Below, piece after piece: positions 1 to 9,100 of a DNA stretch of 53,596 nucleotides. This stretch comes from a virus (taxonomy: Duplodnaviria; Caudoviricetes), in IMG/VR virus record IMGVR_UViG_3300017700_000477, positions 1 to 53,596 of that record; one strand, written 5' to 3'. The notes below the pieces were generated by a model, which saw only the letters and a list, made by a program, of their open reading frames with translations, was not told the origin of the DNA and made no database searches. The translations under genes were made by a program, and so were the position numbers. Positions within the stretch are counted from its first letter, which is position 1, and every line of letters begins with the position of its first letter.

Positions 1-11
1 AACAAGCAGGC
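1..11 (+). repeat. Terminal overlap AACAAGCAGGC, identical to 53586-53596 (circular assembly junction)
   Basis: Exact 11-nt match; removing one copy restores an open minus-strand frame across the join. Confidence 0.9.
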
Positions 12-507
12 CGAGGCGTTCGGCAGTGTCTTGCACGTCCCCGCCATCGACCTCTTGCCCCCAAGCATACGTTTTGATGATGTGCCGGGCGAACTCGACC
101 AATGCTCGTGCGGTTTCCAGCGCTTCTGCGCGTCCACCGTCTCCCGGTTGGGCCTGTTGGCCGCCACAAGCTGGATAGCGGCAATGCGGATCCGATGGGT
201 GACATTGCTCACAATCCTCTCCCCCTTGTGAGGGGGATGGAGCGGCGCGCTGGCCGGCTTCAAACGCTTCCCGCAAGGGGATGTCGCGCGGGTTCCGGTG
301 GGCATTATTCATTGCCCAAGCCTCGAAAGGCGTGAACGGCACGGGCTCTCTCTCCCCTTCTGGGGACGGGGGCGAGGCCGCGTATGCGCAATCAGCACAC
401 GTAGAGGCGCGCTTGTCGCTCTCGAAGCAATCGCCGCACTTGCTGCAATAGTTCATGTACTCGCCGGGTGCCCATCCATTGAGTGGAGCGCGTTTGTCGG
501 TTTTCAC
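1..507 (-). CDS. 5' part of a junction-spanning 208-aa modular hypothetical protein (continues 53585 to 53466); CxxC motifs
   Basis: GTG at 507 overlaps the upstream TGA, with SD AGGGAGGGA; translated by hand as VKTDKRAPLNGWAPGEYMNYCSKCGDCF...LLVEVPYDPAVHGENDC...TGE*. Absent from the ORF track. Confidence 0.8.
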   Translation of the reverse strand, partial: MKTDKRAPLNGWAPGEYMNYCSKCGDCFESDKRASTCADCAYAASPPSPEGEREPVPFTPFEAWAMNNAHRNPRDIPLREAFEAGQRAAPSPSQGGEDCEQCHPSDPHCRYPACGGQQAQPGDGGRAEALETARALVEFARHIIKTYAWGQEVDGGDVQDTAERLGLLV

Positions 508-842
508 GTCTTCCCTCCCTGTCCTGATGCAGAGAGGGCGCTGCGGAGGGCGTCATACATCGAATTCAGGACATTGAAGTCGATGACCACATTCCGGGCG
601 TCGGCGGCTTTCCACATTGCCATTATTTCTGGACCGCGAACCTGCGGACACTCTGGCATTCGTGGCTCGGCTAACATCGCTTTGATGACGCGCACCTGAT
701 ACGCAAAGCCGGCCGTGGCTGTGAATTGGTTAAGCCACGCCAGTGCCGTCTGTCGGTCATGTTGGCAGGATTTGCAGGTGTTGAAGACTCCACCACAAAC
801 CTCGCACCAGTTCTCGCGGAAACGTTCCGTGCAATCGGTCAT
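504..842 (-). CDS. Hypothetical protein with N-terminal CxxC...CxxC zinc finger
   Basis: CEVC..CKSC; start/stop coupling with both neighbours. Confidence 0.75.
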   Translation of the reverse strand: MTDCTERFRENWCEVCGGVFNTCKSCQHDRQTALAWLNQFTATAGFAYQVRVIKAMLAEPRMPECPQVRGPEIMAMWKAADARNVVIDFNVLNSMYDALRSALSASGQGGKT

Positions 843-1387
843 GGTGTTTCTCCAAGTGCGCGTTGAAGGTCTATATGCAGAGCCATGGCGAGGTTTGGCC
901 TCGGCCCGCTCGGGCCGTCCACCACATCGTGCTGGTCCCGCAGGAAGTCCTTGATCGCGTCAAGAACCTCCTCCAAGTCAGCCGACAGACTTGCGACCGG
1001 AGGTCTAGGGGCCGCTACTGCGGGCGAACTATTACTCTCTCCTGAACCTCCATCCTGTGGGGGAGGGGAAAGGGCGCGGCGATTCCAGCGTTTCTCAAAT
1101 TCTCCAGACACGACCATGCCGCGCACGATGCAATCGCCATCCGTTGGGTGGCGGAAATACCTGTCGGCAATATCTACCAGTGATGCGCCGCAAAACGGGC
1201 ACGGCTGCATCGCTTCCTCTCCCCCAGAGAGGGGAGGTGTGGGCCGTCCTTCTCCTCCGCGTAGTGCAGCCTGCGCTCTATCGCGCTCCCTAATGGTCAA
1301 TTCGTCCCATCCGGCATGCAGCGTCTCGTCCAAGATTTCCTCCAGCATCGCCACGCGGGCGCGTAGGGCTGTGATCTTGTCGCTCAT
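839..1387 (-). CDS. Modular hypothetical protein containing a Lar-like (PCPFCG) zinc-binding module
   Basis: ATG 1387 with SD GGGAGGAGG; MQPCPFCG...WNRRA motif typical of Lar-like domains. Confidence 0.7.
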   Translation of the reverse strand: MSDKITALRARVAMLEEILDETLHAGWDELTIRERDRAQAALRGGEGRPTPPLSGGEEAMQPCPFCGASLVDIADRYFRHPTDGDCIVRGMVVSGEFEKRWNRRALSPPPQDGGSGESNSSPAVAAPRPPVASLSADLEEVLDAIKDFLRDQHDVVDGPSGPRPNLAMALHIDLQRALGETP

Positions 1388-1572
1388 GTCCTCCTCCCAC
1401 GGGTAGAGGAGAGAGCTGCGAACGCCATTTTTCGATACGCAGCGCGTTCCTGGGGGTCGATAATGTTCCATGCAAAGACGCCGAACCAATCAACATCGAG
1501 CGCGTGAATCGCCTTGGCTGCGACCTTGATTTCGTCGGCGGTCGGCTTGAGGTCTTCTTGTCCCTTAGTCAT
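1384..1572 (-). CDS. Small hypothetical protein (62 aa, MTKGQEDLK)
   Basis: ATGA overlaps at both ends. Confidence 0.65.
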   Translation of the reverse strand: MTKGQEDLKPTADEIKVAAKAIHALDVDWFGVFAWNIIDPQERAAYRKMAFAALSSTRGRRT

Positions 1573-1733
1573 GTGATGGAGTCCTTCTGCCGACGTGCCT
1601 GGAACGCCTCGACCTTGGCCGCTACGCGTTCCCATTCCAGCGGGTCGGTCACGGATAGCCGGTTGAAGGCGATGACGTTGGCCCGCCACCATGCCTCGAA
1701 AGCTGCGATGCTGTGCCAGGGGCCGGCGGTCAC
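1569..1733 (-). CDS. Small hypothetical protein (54 aa, VTAGPWHSIAAFEAWW)
   Basis: Hand-translated; GTGA/ATGA coupling; phage-like codon usage. Confidence 0.6.
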   Translation of the reverse strand: MTAGPWHSIAAFEAWWRANVIAFNRLSVTDPLEWERVAAKVEAFQARRQKDSIT

Positions 1734-1903
1734 GGTGACACCGGGCGGCGGGTAGCAGAGGTGAGACTGCCGGCCAGCACCAGCCGCTCAACGTCGAGCG
1801 CGCCAGGCTTGACGCGGCGGCCGATGCCCTTGGGGTCGCGCGCCGTGTACGTGGCGGCCAGCCGCAGGAGGAGGGCGGCGAGGGCGCTGCTGTCGCGGGT
1901 CAT
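1730..1903 (-). CDS. Small hypothetical protein (57 aa)
   Basis: ATG 1903 coupled to upstream stop, with GGAG upstream. Confidence 0.55.
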   Translation of the reverse strand: MTRDSSALAALLLRLAATYTARDPKGIGRRVKPGALDVERLVLAGSLTSATRRPVSP

Positions 1904-2130
1904 GCTCCGACTCCCTCTGCTACCGCCACGCGGCCGGTCTCGTATCCGTTCTCCCGGCCCCACCGCAGGGTCGAGCCGACCGGATAGACCACCTTGCTCG
2001 TGCGGGCCTTGCCGCGCTTGACGTAGGGCGGTCCGGCCGCCTGGGCGCGCCAGTTGGCCAGGGTGCCGATGTGCAGCCCCCAGCGGGCGGCGAGGCTCGC
2101 TGGGGTGAAGTCTGTGGGGCGGGCGGTCAT
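1900..2130 (-). CDS. AlpA/Xis-like HTH DNA-binding protein
   Basis: FTPASLAARWGLHIGTLANWR..GPPYVK..VVYP pattern. Confidence 0.8.
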   Translation of the reverse strand: MTARPTDFTPASLAARWGLHIGTLANWRAQAAGPPYVKRGKARTSKVVYPVGSTLRWGRENGYETGRVAVAEGVGA

Positions 2131-2143
2131 GGCTGCCGGCTCC

Positions 2144-3133
2144 CTAGATCACGTCGTCGGGGGTGGGCGGCGGCGGGTCCTGGTTGCGGCGGAGCGCGGC
2201 CGGCATACCGAGGTCGTCGTCGACCTTGCCCGTCGTGACCTCGCCCGTCTCCTGGTCGATCGTCTCGACGTCCGTCACGCCAGGCTGGGCGGCCGGCTCT
2301 GCTGCTGCGTCGATGATGGTCTGGCTGGCGCCGCGGGGACGCTGGCTGCGGGTGCGCGCGGGAGCGGGGCTGGCGTCGGGCTGGCCGGTGGTCGGCTCGC
2401 CGTCCACGTCATAGAGATCGTCGTCGCGCTCCACGAGCTCGGAGAAGCCGCCGCGATCGCTGGAGGCAGGCAGGAACTTGGATCCGCCGCGCAGCACGGT
2501 CTTGATCCACATGTCGTCTTCCCATGACTTCCACGGGCCACTGTCCTTGGACTTACTGGCCGCCTTGCGCTTCTCGATCTGGGACTTGGTCATCACGTGG
2601 CGGATGATCGTGCCGTCCTTCAGCTTGGCCACCATGTAGGCGAGCCGCAGGGCGCCGGGGTCGGAGTCGAGGCAGGGCTCGTGCGTCAGTTTCTCCTCGT
2701 CGCCAAAGACGACGTGGAACTTGTCGTTGGTATATACGCACCGGCCGACGATACTGCTGATCTCGCCGCTGTTGCGGGCCTTCTTCATCAGGCCGGCGAC
2801 CATCGGCATGTACTTGGCGGCGTCGATATATTTCTCGACGCCATCAACCTTCTTTTTGACCTTGTACTTGACCAGGGCGGCTTCGCGCCCGTCGATGATC
2901 AAGCCGTCGGCGGCGGCCTTGACGCACTCGTTGTAGATGCTCTGGGCGTCGCACTCGTTGGCGATGTCCGGGTTGAGCTGCAGCGTGGTGAGCACGGTGC
3001 GGACGAACTTCTCCGGCGGGATGTGCGCGGGAAGGGCGGCCTGGAACTTGGGGGTCATCGCCTGGATGTTCTCGCAGACGACGAGCATGCGGCTCTTGGG
3101 CTTGGCTTCGGGGACGGTGGTGGTGTCGGTCAT
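2144..3133 (-). CDS. recT: RecT-family single-strand annealing recombinase
   Basis: ALPAHIPPEKFVR, GLMKKARNSG, GPW...MWIKTVLR motifs; adjacent to RecE-like gene; ATG 3133 with AGGAG. Confidence 0.9.
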   Translation of the reverse strand: MTDTTTVPEAKPKSRMLVVCENIQAMTPKFQAALPAHIPPEKFVRTVLTTLQLNPDIANECDAQSIYNECVKAAADGLIIDGREAALVKYKVKKKVDGVEKYIDAAKYMPMVAGLMKKARNSGEISSIVGRCVYTNDKFHVVFGDEEKLTHEPCLDSDPGALRLAYMVAKLKDGTIIRHVMTKSQIEKRKAASKSKDSGPWKSWEDDMWIKTVLRGGSKFLPASSDRGGFSELVERDDDLYDVDGEPTTGQPDASPAPARTRSQRPRGASQTIIDAAAEPAAQPGVTDVETIDQETGEVTTGKVDDDLGMPAALRRNQDPPPPTPDDVI

Positions 3134-3165
3134 GTTCTTCTCCTGGTGGTGGTGGTGTGTGTGGC

Positions 3166-4077
3166 TCAGTGAACGCGGCCAGCGCCAAGCTCGGCGGCCA
3201 TCGCAACGGCCTCCTCGCCTTCGCGCATGGCCCAATCGGGGAACGCAAGCTCGACCACGCCGCTGTCGTAGGCTGGCCAGACGCCGGTCTTCTTGCACTC
3301 ATGGAACCGGTCGAGGCTGGAGCGCACGAGATCGCGGCCCAGCTTCTTGACCGGCTCTGGGAACTCGTAGACGCACGAGGCGAACGGCGCGTCCCGCTCC
3401 ACCACGATGAACAGGAAGGCGTCGACCGAGCCGCCGCCGGCGCGCTGCCAACCGGCCGTGTAGAAGGCGTCCTGCATGTGATAGCCATGCTTGATCGCGC
3501 TGTTGTGCAGCCACTCCTTGGCCCGCGCGTCGGTCGTCGACTTGAGGTCGGCCATGACGTTGATGTCGTGGTTGTAGATGTCCGGCCGCACCCGGCAGAG
3601 CTCGCCCGTCTTGGGATCGTTCCAGAATGCCGACTGCTCGATCGACGGGGTGCCGGCGGTGAGGCGGCGGACGATCTCGTTCTTCTGCAGGGCGTCGCGC
3701 AGGCGGAGCGCGTCGTCGTAGTCGTCCTCTGTCAGCGCCTCGCGGCCTGTCTGGTCGGCAAGCTCCTTGGCGGCCTTCCATGCGTTGCCGCGGCGGTTGT
3801 CGGGTCCGCGGTAGAAGCGGGTCTCGAACAGGCCGGGCTCGAGGACGGCGGTGTGCGCGGCAGAGCCGAACGTCTGGGCGTCGGTCTCCTTGCGATCGCC
3901 GTAGCGATAATGCAGGGGCGTCTTCTTGTGGATCGTCCAGAGGCCGGACTTAGAGATGGCGTCGGTCGCGTGGTAGGCGTCGGCCTCCATCTGGTAGATG
4001 CCGGGGGCCGGGCTGCGCGGGTCGAGGGCGGGCGCCAGGGCGGCGTCGGGCTCGATGTGGGTGGCTACGTCAGACAT
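3166..4077 (-). CDS. recE: RecE/exonuclease VIII-like PD-(D/E)XK nuclease (DUF3799-like)
   Basis: YH..AISKSGL, GSAAH..VLEP, E.S.FW..CRVRPD..DLKST, YHMQ.AFY. Confidence 0.88.
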   Translation of the reverse strand: MSDVATHIEPDAALAPALDPRSPAPGIYQMEADAYHATDAISKSGLWTIHKKTPLHYRYGDRKETDAQTFGSAAHTAVLEPGLFETRFYRGPDNRRGNAWKAAKELADQTGREALTEDDYDDALRLRDALQKNEIVRRLTAGTPSIEQSAFWNDPKTGELCRVRPDIYNHDINVMADLKSTTDARAKEWLHNSAIKHGYHMQDAFYTAGWQRAGGGSVDAFLFIVVERDAPFASCVYEFPEPVKKLGRDLVRSSLDRFHECKKTGVWPAYDSGVVELAFPDWAMREGEEAVAMAAELGAGRVH

Positions 4078-4133
4078 TGTCCTAATCCCTATCCGTATGA
4101 TTGCGTTGCGTTTTTCGATACCGTCCAGGCGAA

Positions 4134-4457
4134 CTAAGAGGCGCGCTCGCGGCGGGCGTCCTGCCTCGCATAGATGCTTTGGTTGCGGACCCACTCGGGG
4201 CGTGCGCGGAGATCCTCCGCGATCATGGCGCCCAGCCGGTCGATCGACGCGGGATACAGGAGGAAGCGGCCGCTGAAGGTGAGAGAGTAGGCGCCGACAA
4301 CCTCGCCCCGGAGCTCGCCCGCCTGATAGTCAGCGGCGGCGCGGACCAGGTCCTCGAGCGTGTCGTAGTCGTCCGTCGTGCGCAGAATCTCGAAGCGGTA
4401 GGCCGGGCGGCAGTCGACGATCAGGTGGTAGGTGGTGGTGGTCGGTGCGGTAGCCAT
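4134..4457 (-). CDS. Hypothetical protein, first gene of the leftward early operon
   Basis: ORF directly downstream of a strong sigma70-like promoter. Confidence 0.7.
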   Translation of the reverse strand: MATAPTTTTYHLIVDCRPAYRFEILRTTDDYDTLEDLVRAAADYQAGELRGEVVGAYSLTFSGRFLLYPASIDRLGAMIAEDLRARPEWVRNQSIYARQDARRERAS

Positions 4458-4486
4458 CTCAAATCCCCATGTGTCCGTTTCGACAA

Positions 4487-4533
4487 TTGGGAATTTAGCG
4501 ATGCTTGGGATAATGTCAATGGGTTATAATCAA
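4487..4533 (-). promoter_or_regulatory. PL-like promoter (TTGACA 4519-4514, TAAATT 4497-4492) overlapped by three 15-bp operators
   Basis: Consensus -35 with 16-nt spacer; TTGGGAATTTAGCGA, TTGGGATAATGTCAA, ATGGGTTATAATCAA. Confidence 0.75.
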
Positions 4534-4553
4534 TTATAATGATTATCCCCAGA

Positions 4554-4772
4554 TTATTTGCCGAGCTCGGTGCGTTCCTTCATCTTGGAAAGCCAACCGT
4601 CCATGATCGAAAGAAGAAACTGGCGATCGTTGAGCGCGGCGGCCAGGTCATCCGACTTGATGCCAGGAGATGCGACGCACACCGGGATGCCGCTGAGATT
4701 CTCAGGGCTGTGCTTCATTACCCGATCGTCGACGACGAAATAGAGAGGAGATGTCATTGGTATTTTCCCCAT
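4554..4772 (-). CDS. Small hypothetical protein downstream of the repressor
   Basis: 72-aa ORF in a lower-GC patch; operator-like sites at 4757 and 4789; start uncertain. Confidence 0.6.
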   Translation of the reverse strand: MGKIPMTSPLYFVVDDRVMKHSPENLSGIPVCVASPGIKSDDLAAALNDRQFLLSIMDGWLSKMKERTELGK

Positions 4773-4832
4773 GTGTCTGGGCTGACACTTGGGGTTTTAT
4801 CAATGTGTGACCTTTAGTCAATCACAATTTTG

Positions 4833-5483
4833 CTACGGCCTGATCAGCAGCACCGGGGATCCGGCGATGACGCGCTGGCCTTCCATCGTGCCTGACGGGC
4901 CGATCAGGTCATAGGTGTCGTGCTCGATCGACGGCTTGATCGTGCGCAGCAACCACGGCCCTTTCTCCAGCCGCACCAGCGACAGGCGGCCGATCGCCGA
5001 TGGCTCCAGGCGGTCGGTGATCTGGACAAAGAACGTCCCGCCGATGATCAGGTTAGAAGCGTTGTGATGCGACGAGGTTGCCGCAATCGCAACCGTGCCG
5101 GGTGGTACTCGAGCCGGCGCGTCGATCATCCTGACTGGCTGGTCGAGGTCGATGTCGGCAGTGCCGTCTTCCTCGATGTGGCCGACCAGCGGGACCGTTG
5201 TGGTACTAGCCATTGGACCGCCAGCACCTCCACCTTCCAACTTCACGCCTAGGTTTATAATCACTTCCGCATTTGTCTTGCCCAAGAACTTCGCAATAGT
5301 AGGCACTTCGTGAAGTTGCACCCGTCTCGCTCCCTGTAACAACTTGGAGACTTGTGCTGGAGTTATTCCCAATTGTCCAGAGAGGTCTGCTTGCGACCTT
5401 CCACAATCTTTGATTGCGGCTCTAAACCACTGTTCATTGATCTCTGACGTGTGCGCCGACCGGGCGCGGACTGATTTCTTCAT
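4833..5483 (-). CDS. CI-like repressor: XRE HTH plus degenerate S24-like C-terminal domain
   Basis: SQADLSGQLGITPAQVSKLLQG.RR..L.E...IAKFLG; VPLVG linker; divergent from rightward operon. Confidence 0.85.
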   Translation of the reverse strand: MKKSVRARSAHTSEINEQWFRAAIKDCGRSQADLSGQLGITPAQVSKLLQGARRVQLHEVPTIAKFLGKTNAEVIINLGVKLEGGGAGGPMASTTTVPLVGHIEEDGTADIDLDQPVRMIDAPARVPPGTVAIAATSSHHNASNLIIGGTFFVQITDRLEPSAIGRLSLVRLEKGPWLLRTIKPSIEHDTYDLIGPSGTMEGQRVIAGSPVLLIRP

Positions 5484-5532
5484 AACCCCAACCTGTTCAA
5501 TATTGACCTAGTCCGAATGCCTAGTGCCACCC

Positions 5533-5685
5533 TTGGGGCTATCTCAACAGCAAGTCAACCCGTGGAGTTGCGTTTGCCGTGACAATTAAAAGATTGATAT
5601 CATTGTGATTTTCGCTACATTCGCTTTTGTCGTATGATGGTATGTCGCGGCGCCGGAGAGGTTGGCAGGAATGCGTTTCTCGCAA
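5533..5685. promoter_or_regulatory. Divergent immunity control region with operators at 5533, 5603 and 5671 and a rightward promoter candidate (TTGCCG 5574, TATCAT 5598)
   Basis: AT-rich intergenic DNA with three 15-bp pseudo-palindromes. Confidence 0.6.
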
Positions 5686-5743
5686 TGCCGCCAAATCGTT
5701 AACCGGGTTTGCTCGCGTCATCCGTGCAGAAGGGGAGTGGACG

Positions 5744-6139
5744 ATGCCTAGAGGTTACGTCTGGAGCGAAGACCTCGCCGACGACTACATGGAGGCGGTG
5801 CTGTCGATTGACGCAGTGGCCGCCAAGTATGGGCTGGGCCGAGAGACGCTCATGCATCTGGCGCGAAGCAATGGATGGAAGCGCGCCGGCAAGCATGACC
5901 GGCATCTTCCCGAGGTCGCCGCATTCTTTCGCGCCGGCCTTGTCACCAACGGCGATCTCGCCGAAGCCTACGGCATCCCGGTCGACAGCCTGTCGAGGAT
6001 GGCGCGCGAGCAGGGGTGGCGGCGAGTGGTGCGCAGCAAGGGCGGGCGAGGCGAGCATCGTGGTGCCGCGCGGTGCGGGAGCATGATCGAGCAGAGGCTG
6101 CGGGTGGTGATGTTGCATGCGCTGGAGGTGAGGGCGTGA
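5744..6139 (+). CDS. Tandem-HTH DNA-binding protein
   Basis: Two repeats of the form S/N...A..YG.....L...AR..GW.R; SD GGGGAG. Confidence 0.7.
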   Translation: MPRGYVWSEDLADDYMEAVLSIDAVAAKYGLGRETLMHLARSNGWKRAGKHDRHLPEVAAFFRAGLVTNGDLAEAYGIPVDSLSRMAREQGWRRVVRSKGGRGEHRGAARCGSMIEQRLRVVMLHALEVRA

Positions 6140-6372
6140 GCGAGATGGTGGAGCGGGTGGCTAGGGCGCTGTATGCGGTCGAAGCCAATTGCGAAGTTGA
6201 CTGGTCCACGTTCTGGTGGACGGTGAATTCTAAGAAGCACTATTTCGGCAAGGCTCGCGCCGTCATAGAGGCAATGCGCGAGCCGACCGAGGCGATGCTA
6301 GCGGCGGGAATGGAACAACTCGGCGCCGAGGATATTTGGCCCGACATGATCGACGCGGCCCTGCTTCCGTGA
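6136..6372 (+). CDS. Hypothetical protein (MVERVARAL...AMREPTEAM...MIDAAL type)
   Basis: GTGA coupling at both ends; motif common in alphaproteobacterial phages. Confidence 0.7.
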   Translation: MSEMVERVARALYAVEANCEVDWSTFWWTVNSKKHYFGKARAVIEAMREPTEAMLAAGMEQLGAEDIWPDMIDAALLP

Positions 6373-7748
6373 CCTTCACCCTGCGCCCGTACCAGGAAGA
6401 CATCATATCCGAGACGCGGCTGGCGCTGCGCTCGCACGACTCCGTACTGATCCAGTTGCCGACCGGCGCTGGCAAGACCGCCATCGGCGCAAAGATGATC
6501 GGCAACGCAGCAGAGAAGGGGCACCGGTCGTTCTTCTCTGTCCACCGGCGCGAGCTCATCGACCAGACCATGGCGACGTTCGACAAGGTCGGCATCCCCT
6601 ACGGCGTGATCGCTCCAGGCATCGCGCCGCGCCCTCTCGAGCGGATCCAGATTGTGTCGATCGACACTCTCAAGTTTCGGATCGACAAGGTAGAGGCGCC
6701 GCGGTTCTTCATCATGGACGAGGCGCACCACGTCGCCGCGGCCGGCTGGAAGAAAGTCAAGGCGGCCTATCCCGGCGCAAAGCATGTCGGGCTTTCCGCA
6801 ACGCCCGAGCGGCTGGACGGGAAGGGGCTCGACGGCGCGTTCAGTTACATGGTGCCTGGACCGTCGACCGCCTGGCTGATCGACCAGGGGTTCCTCTGCG
6901 AGTACAAAGCCTATGCGCCGTCCGCGCCTGACCTGACCGGCGTCGGGACGTCGATGGGCGACTATGTGCGCTCGGAGTCGGCGGCTAAGATGGACAAGCC
7001 GAGCGTGACGGGCGATGCGATCGCGCACTACCAGCGGCTGGCGAGGGGTAAGACCGCCGTCGCATTTTGCGCGAGCATCGAACACAGTCAGCATGTCGCG
7101 GCATCGTTCCGCGAGGCTGGCATTGTTGCTTGGCATCTGGATGGAAAAACGCCGGCGGGGGAACGCAAGGAAGCTATCCGCGCCTTCCGCAATGGTGACA
7201 TTAGAGTGCTATGCAATGTAGACCTGATGGGCGAGGGCTTCGACCTTCCGTCGCTCGAGGTGTCGATCCTCCTGCGCCCGACCAAGTCACTGTCTCTCTA
7301 CATGCAGCAAGTTGGCCGCGCTCTCCGCCCAGCACCCGGCAAGCCACATGCCCTGATCCTCGACCATGCCGGCAACCTTCTGCGCCACGGCCTGCCCGAC
7401 GACGAGCGCGAATGGCAGCTCGCCGGCCGCGCCAAGAAAAAGAAGGGCGAGCAGTCGCCGTCGAACATCCGGCAGTGTCCGAAGTGTTATCACGTCCATC
7501 CTATCCGGCCATCGTGCCCTGAGTGCGGGCACGTCTACGACGGGGCGCCGCGCGAGGTTCGGCAGGTCGAGGGGGACCTGGTCGAGATTGATGTCGTGGC
7601 GGCAAGGAAGCAGACGAAGATGGAGCAGGCGCAGGCGCGGACGATCGAGGAGCTGATCGAGTTGGGGCGGCGGAGAAATTTCCGCAACCCTGCAGCCTGG
7701 GCTGCGCACGTCTACACTTCGAGAGTTGCACACGGGAAGGCGCGATAG
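6369..7748 (+). CDS. Superfamily 2 DEAH helicase with C-terminal zinc ribbon
   Basis: LRPYQ, PTGAGKT, DEAHH, SAT, EGFD, QQVGRALR, CPKC..CPECG. Confidence 0.95.
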   Translation: MTFTLRPYQEDIISETRLALRSHDSVLIQLPTGAGKTAIGAKMIGNAAEKGHRSFFSVHRRELIDQTMATFDKVGIPYGVIAPGIAPRPLERIQIVSIDTLKFRIDKVEAPRFFIMDEAHHVAAAGWKKVKAAYPGAKHVGLSATPERLDGKGLDGAFSYMVPGPSTAWLIDQGFLCEYKAYAPSAPDLTGVGTSMGDYVRSESAAKMDKPSVTGDAIAHYQRLARGKTAVAFCASIEHSQHVAASFREAGIVAWHLDGKTPAGERKEAIRAFRNGDIRVLCNVDLMGEGFDLPSLEVSILLRPTKSLSLYMQQVGRALRPAPGKPHALILDHAGNLLRHGLPDDEREWQLAGRAKKKKGEQSPSNIRQCPKCYHVHPIRPSCPECGHVYDGAPREVRQVEGDLVEIDVVAARKQTKMEQAQARTIEELIELGRRRNFRNPAAWAAHVYTSRVAHGKAR

Positions 7749-8096
7749 ATGCAAACTGAGACCCCGATCATGCACGGCATCATGCTGGCCGTGTCGAAAG
7801 TGAAGGCACGGGTGTTCCGCAACAATGTCGGGGCGTGGAAAACGCCTGACGGGTCTTACGTCAAGTACGGCCTTTGCAATGGATCATCGGATCTGATCGG
7901 CTGGGTGCCGACCGTGATCACGCCGGACATGGTCGGCAAGAAGGTCGCCGTGTTCCTGGCGATCGAGGTCAAGACTGCGACCGGTAAGAGGGCCGAGGAG
8001 CAAAAGCACTTCCTCGCCACCGTGGCAGCCGCCGGCGGGATTGCCGGCGTTGCGCGATCGGATGGCGAGGCGTTGGCGTTGGTGGCTAGCCGCTGA
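7749..8096 (+). CDS. VRR-NUC domain nuclease
   Basis: FRNNVG, GSSDLIG, AIEVK, Q..FL..V..AGGIAGVARS. Confidence 0.9.
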   Translation: MQTETPIMHGIMLAVSKVKARVFRNNVGAWKTPDGSYVKYGLCNGSSDLIGWVPTVITPDMVGKKVAVFLAIEVKTATGKRAEEQKHFLATVAAAGGIAGVARSDGEALALVASR

Positions 8097-8304
8097 CGTG
8101 CGGCCGCGGATGGTCGGTCGTGCCGATGACGGCCTCGTACTTGCGGCACTGGTAGCGGCTCAGTGCCAGGCCGAGGGAGACGGCCAGCGTGTGGCAGGAC
8201 GCCTCGTTGGCGATGTTGGGGACCGACACCACAAGGGGGATGGAGCTGCGCTCGGGGTAGGTCGAGCCGAATAGCAGCCAGACGGTGACGAAGATCGCGG
8301 TCAT
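8086..8304 (-). CDS. Small exported or membrane hypothetical protein
   Basis: MTAIFVTVWLLFG hydrophobic N-terminus, two Cys; ATGA coupling, SD AGGAGG. Confidence 0.6.
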   Translation of the reverse strand: MTAIFVTVWLLFGSTYPERSSIPLVVSVPNIANEASCHTLAVSLGLALSRYQCRKYEAVIGTTDHPRPHVSG

Positions 8305-8660
8305 GCTGCCTCCTGCAGTCCGACCGTGAGCGTCTCCGCAACCTCCTCGGCCAACGCAGCAGCCAGCGCCGCCTCGAGCACCGCAGCCTTCTCCGCCGCG
8401 ATGCGCTCGTAGTTTGCCACCTGCTGCCGTCGATCGGCGTAGGCCTCCATCTCCTTGGCGCACGCCAGCGCGTCGGCGATCTGGGCCATCTCCTCGGGAT
8501 CGTCCATCCCGAAGTTCGGCAATCTCCGAAACCGGAAGTCCGCCCAATCCTTGACGAGCTTGGCGGCGACGCGGTCCCGGCCGAGCAGGACGAACATGGG
8601 CTCGTCGGGCTCGGCCTTCTCGATGACGGCTGCGGTCATCGGGTGGGTTTTGCTGGGCAT
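8301..8660 (-). CDS. Conserved phage hypothetical protein (PDEPMFVLLGRD motif)
   Basis: Recurrent phage motif; starts 2 nt after the ssb stop. Confidence 0.75.
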   Translation of the reverse strand: MPSKTHPMTAAVIEKAEPDEPMFVLLGRDRVAAKLVKDWADFRFRRLPNFGMDDPEEMAQIADALACAKEMEAYADRRQQVANYERIAAEKAAVLEAALAAALAEEVAETLTVGLQEAA

Positions 8661-8662
8661 GG

Positions 8663-9085
8663 CTAGTACGGGATCTCGTCGTCGACCTTCTGGCCACCGG
8701 CCGGTGCGCCGGTGCTTCCGCCGCTCTCGCCGGGCGGCTTGTCGAGCAGCGTCAACTGCCCGCCAAACTTCGGCATGACGATCTCGGTCGAATACTTCTC
8801 GACGCCAGCCTGGTCCGTCCACTTGCGCGTCGTGAGCTGCCCCTCGATGTAGATCATGCTGCCCTTGTGGACATACTTCTCGATGATCTCGGCCAGCTTG
8901 TCGTTGAAGCAGACCACGCGATGCCACTCGGTCTTCTCCTTGCGCTCCTGGGTGTTCTTGTCGCGCCAGGTCTCCGACGTCGCGACGCTCATGTTCGCAA
9001 ACTTGAGACCCTGGTTGGTGGTCTTGATCTCGGGGTCGCGCCCGAGCCGCCCAAGAATGATCACCTTGTTCACTGTGCCAGCCAT
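8663..9085 (-). CDS. ssb: Single-stranded DNA-binding protein
   Basis: VNKVIILGRLGRDPE, TEWHRVV, IEGQL, acidic tail DDEIPY. Confidence 0.97.
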   Translation of the reverse strand: MAGTVNKVIILGRLGRDPEIKTTNQGLKFANMSVATSETWRDKNTQERKEKTEWHRVVCFNDKLAEIIEKYVHKGSMIYIEGQLTTRKWTDQAGVEKYSTEIVMPKFGGQLTLLDKPPGESGGSTGAPAGGQKVDDEIPY

Positions 9086-9100
9086 CTGTCTCTCCTTTGG

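Noticed and set aside
3134-3298. His-rich N-terminal extension of RecT
   Set aside because: The true start is more likely ATG 3133 with AGGAG; the extension overlaps recE.
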